Assembly (NCBI GenBank): GCA_964016885.1
Contig: OZ024750.1
Coordinates: forward strand, 22,816,001 to 22,880,000
DNA length: 64,000 nucleotides
Source of the DNA: Eledone cirrhosa
Taxonomy: Eukaryota
Direction: 5' to 3'
A model generated the notes under the pieces. It was not told the DNA's origin. It saw only the letters and a program-made list of their open reading frames with translations, and did no database searches. This document shows, piece by piece, positions 61,291-64,000 of this stretch. A program made the translations under genes and the position numbers. Positions within the stretch are counted from its first letter, which is position 1. Every line of letters starts with the position of its first letter.

Positions 61291-64000
61291 ACTATCACAG
61301 CCCACACTATATATATATATATATATATAATTTCAATATCACAGCTCACACTGTATATATAATTTCATTATCACAGCCACCACTATATATATATAATTTC
61401 AATATCACAGCCACCACTATATACATAATTTCAATATCACAGCCAACACTGTATATATAATTTCAATATCACAGCCCACACTATATATATAATTTCAATA
61501 TCACAGCCCACACTGTATATATAGTTTCAATATCATAGCCCACACTATATATATAATTTCAATATCACAGCCACACTATGTATATAGTTTCACTATCACA
61601 GCCACCACTGTATATATAATTTCAATATCACAGCCACCACTATATATATAATTTCAATATCACAGCCCACACTATATATATAATTTCAATATCACAGCCC
61701 ACACTATATATATAATTTCAATATCACAGCCCACACTATATATATAATTTCAATATCACAGCCCACACTATATATATAGTTTCACTATCACAGCCACCAC
61801 TGTATATATAATTTCAATATCACAGCCCACACTATATATATAATTTCAATATCACAGCCACCACTATATATATAATTTCAATATCACAGCTCACACACTA
61901 TATATATATATATATATATATAATTTCAATATCATAGCCCACACTATATATATATATATATATAATTTCAATATCACAGCAACACTATGTATATAGTTTC
62001 AATATCACTGCCTACACAACACTACTACACTGTGTACATCACTGTAATTTCAATAACAAAACCTAGACAACACTGCCAAGCTATATCTCACTGTTATTTC
62101 AACATCACAATCCACAATATACCAAACATCACTTCCATATTATACATTTCTGCACATATCATCATAATTTTCATTTTTCTTATTAGTTTACTTCCTGTTT
62201 CAAAACTTTCATTTCAGTATTAAGGCTTGAAATATTAAATAAATACATTTTTCTCTCAGATTGAATTACCTTTTATTCTCTGTGATATAATGTTAACAAT
62301 GTATTTTATTCTTGTTTCAGCTTCTTGATGAAATGCTGGACAATGGCTTTCCATTGGCAGTAGAATCCAATGTTCTCAAGGAGCTGATTAAACCCCCCAA
62401 CTTCCTGAGGACGATCACTGACACTGTCACTGGTAAATCTACTGGGTATGTATTATGACAGTTATTGAGATAAGGGCCAGGCTATCTTTACAGCATTATA
62501 GGCAAAGCAATGCACTAGACCTCTACATATACAACCACAGCATACATAGATTAGCATTGGGCTCCTAGACCCAATGAACTCCCAGATAACTGCCCAGTGT
62601 GCATTGGTTGAGACAATATACTTGATGATAGAGTGTTTTATTATTAATGAAGAAGAAGGTAGTGGATTGGCAGAGTTGTTTGAGCATTAGGCAAAATCTC
62701 ACTGAGGTTTGGGTTATTTTCTAATAACAATTATAATTTGTTGTTTCTAACAGAGTCAGTGGAATACTGCCAACAGGACAGCTTTCTAACATTCCCTGGA
62801 GAAGAACAGGTGTAAAATATACCAATAACGAGGCTTATTTTGATGTCATTGAGGAAATTGATGCCATTCTTGACAAATCAGGTGCAACAGTCTTTGCAGA
62901 GATCCAAGGATATGTGAGTAAAATCTATATTTTAATGTTTTCTTCATCAATTAATTCAAATTCAGTAATGAAATCAACATTATCATTTAACACCCGTTTT
63001 CCTTGCTCGCAAGGGTTAGATGAGTCTTTACCAACTGAGTCAGTACTCAAGCAGAGCTACTAACCTCTCAGATGGACCAGAAGTCTATATCTCATTCCTG
63101 CACTTTACCTAGTTCATTTTATTGCATCACCAACATTAGGGAAGTTATGTCTTTGACACAGCTGAAGGGTCTTCCTGATCCTATGTTTGGCTGCTCTTCC
63201 TATCACCAACCACTTTACATGTTAAATATTTTATAGTCATGAAATCTCAAGTTATTTTCAAAGCCAGTATTGTAATACTTTCAGATTGACTGTCTCATTA
63301 AACTGAGTGGTATGCCTGACCTGACATTGTCATTCATGAATCCACGTCTATTAGATGATGTTAGTTTCCATCCATGTGTCCGTTTCAAGAGATGGGAAGT
63401 AAGTATATCATATTAATTTCTCTCTTCTCTCTTTCTTCTTTATTTATCACAATCTTCATTGGATACAGACATGGCTGTAAGTTTATGATGTTCGCTTTGC
63501 ACTCATGAAGTTCAGATTTGTTTTGACTGCTTGGCATCTTGGACAAGTGTATTTACCATAACCTCAGGTTGACTAAAGCTTTCTGAGTGAAATTGGGTGG
63601 ACAGGAACTGGATGGAAGCCTGTTAGTTGGATTGTATTCATATTTCAAAAGTCCAACATTGCCACATATTGTGTCACTGATTTGGTTTGGGAGGCTTTGA
63701 AGGCCCTGAAACCTAAATAAACACAGGGCCACTATTTTTCTAAACTAAGCATAAATAACTAAGGAAATATGAAAAATCCTTAATAAAAATGATCAAACTG
63801 CAGCACAGTCATGTTTTCAATATAATGTGTATACACACACACACACACACACACATATCTGTGTGTGTGACGTTAATGTATGTATATTTGATAATTTAAT
63901 GTTTTATTCCCTGTTATAGTTGTTAGATGATCTTTTTTTTTGTCCATTTCAGAGTGAACGTGTTCTGTCTTTTGTTCCTCCTGATGGTAACTTTCGTCTC
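54025..64000 (+). CDS. AP3M1: AP-3 complex subunit mu (3'-partial)
   Basis: join 54025-54059, 58091-58169, 59944-60049, 61019-61131, 62321-62445, 62754-62913, 63285-63398, 63953->64000; MIHSLFVINNSGDVFMEKHWKS...LLDEMLDNGFPL...LPTGQLSNIPWRRTGVKYTNNEAYFDV...SGMPDL...DDVSFHPCVRFKRWESERVLSFVPPDGNFRL. Single invertebrate mu3; M1 versus M2 cannot be distinguished. Confidence 0.95.
54350..55040 (+). repeat. Three diverged neighbouring copies of a dispersed repeat
   Basis: (g)ctagaaatagcagccaaatct...cttaaaaaa...ataatgtagtc...atggtcacagctggaacgcctttgatca units near 54375, 54655 and 54860; also near 31560, 31770 and 39290. Confidence 0.55.
56225..56458 (-). mobile_element. tRNA-derived SINE with internal fold-back duplication
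   Basis: Arms 56315-56381 and 56392-56458. Confidence 0.7.
56636..56815 (-). mobile_element. tRNA-derived SINE
   Basis: Same family as the 12172 and 35389 copies. Confidence 0.68.
57421..57671. mobile_element. piggyBac-type MITE (a partial copy lies at 57237-57342)
   Basis: ttaaccttttagcattcac...taaagggttaa. Confidence 0.7.
58091..58169 (+). CDS. AP3M1: AP-3 mu exon 2
   Basis: DVFMEKHWKSVIHKSICDYFFEVQGR. Confidence 0.93.
58710..59180. repeat. Purine-rich minisatellite (~38-48 bp unit)
   Basis: gagtttgggaggagtttagttgtgtgtgtgacagacag repeated about 10 times. Confidence 0.85.
59944..60049 (+). CDS. AP3M1: AP-3 mu exon 3
   Basis: AVSLDDVPPVIATPHHYLINIYRNQLYFVAVVTTE. Confidence 0.93.
60135..60797 (-). 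mobile_element. RTE family-2 fragment (RT C-terminal half), degraded
   Basis: GVRIRQGCVLSPPLF, LEFADDMV, VGKFKYLG remnants. Confidence 0.8.
61019..61131 (+). CDS. AP3M1: AP-3 mu exon 4
   Basis: VSPLFVIEFLHRVFDTFEDYFAECTESTIKEHYVIVYE. Confidence 0.93.
61213..62010. repeat. Minisatellite (~29-bp unit ataatttcaatatcacagcccacactatat)
   Basis: Roughly 25 tandem units in an AP-3 mu intron. Confidence 0.92.
62321..62445 (+). CDS. AP3M1: AP-3 mu exon 5
   Basis: LLDEMLDNGFPLAVESNVLKELIKPPNFLRTITDTVTGKST. Confidence 0.93.
62754..62913 (+). CDS. AP3M1: AP-3 mu exon 6
   Basis: VSGILPTGQLSNIPWRRTGVKYTNNEAYFDVIEEIDAILDKSGATVFAEIQGY. Confidence 0.94.
63285..63398 (+). CDS. AP3M1: AP-3 mu exon 7
   Basis: IDCLIKLSGMPDLTLSFMNPRLLDDVSFHPCVRFKRWE. 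Confidence 0.94.
63953..64000 (+). CDS. AP3M1: AP-3 mu exon 8 (truncated by window end)
   Basis: SERVLSFVPPDGNFRL. Confidence 0.93.

Overview
AT-rich, intron- and repeat-rich animal genomic DNA. The microsatellite, SINE and RTE content suggests a coleoid cephalopod such as Octopus, but this is an inference. Three spliced genes could be reconstructed by hand with consistent GT-AG junctions and reading phases. (1) A Ki-67/MKI67-like gene on the minus strand (12 coding exons, 23718..4509, ~2066 aa) with an FHA domain, a PP1-docking RVSF region, the STGHxNSP conserved block, ten short Ki-67-motif-like repeats and two large 11-aa SPK/TPK arrays. (2) TAF12 on the plus strand (4 coding exons, 156 aa). 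(3) An AP-3 mu subunit gene on the plus strand (8 exons, running off the window end). Repeats include a nearly intact RTE-clade LINE with a PHD-like finger, several RTE and CR1-like fragments, tRNA-derived SINEs, TTAA-flanked piggyBac-type MITEs and minisatellites. The most unusual signal is a set of short fold-back elements sitting in (TA)n tracts (35.9-36.65 kb and 47.9-48.4 kb, decayed relatives at 34.9 and 38.8 kb). Their arms carry minimal type I hammerhead ribozyme folds of two unrelated sequence families, with a Penelope-like inverted-pLTR plus tail architecture. All structures were read by eye; no search or folding program was run.
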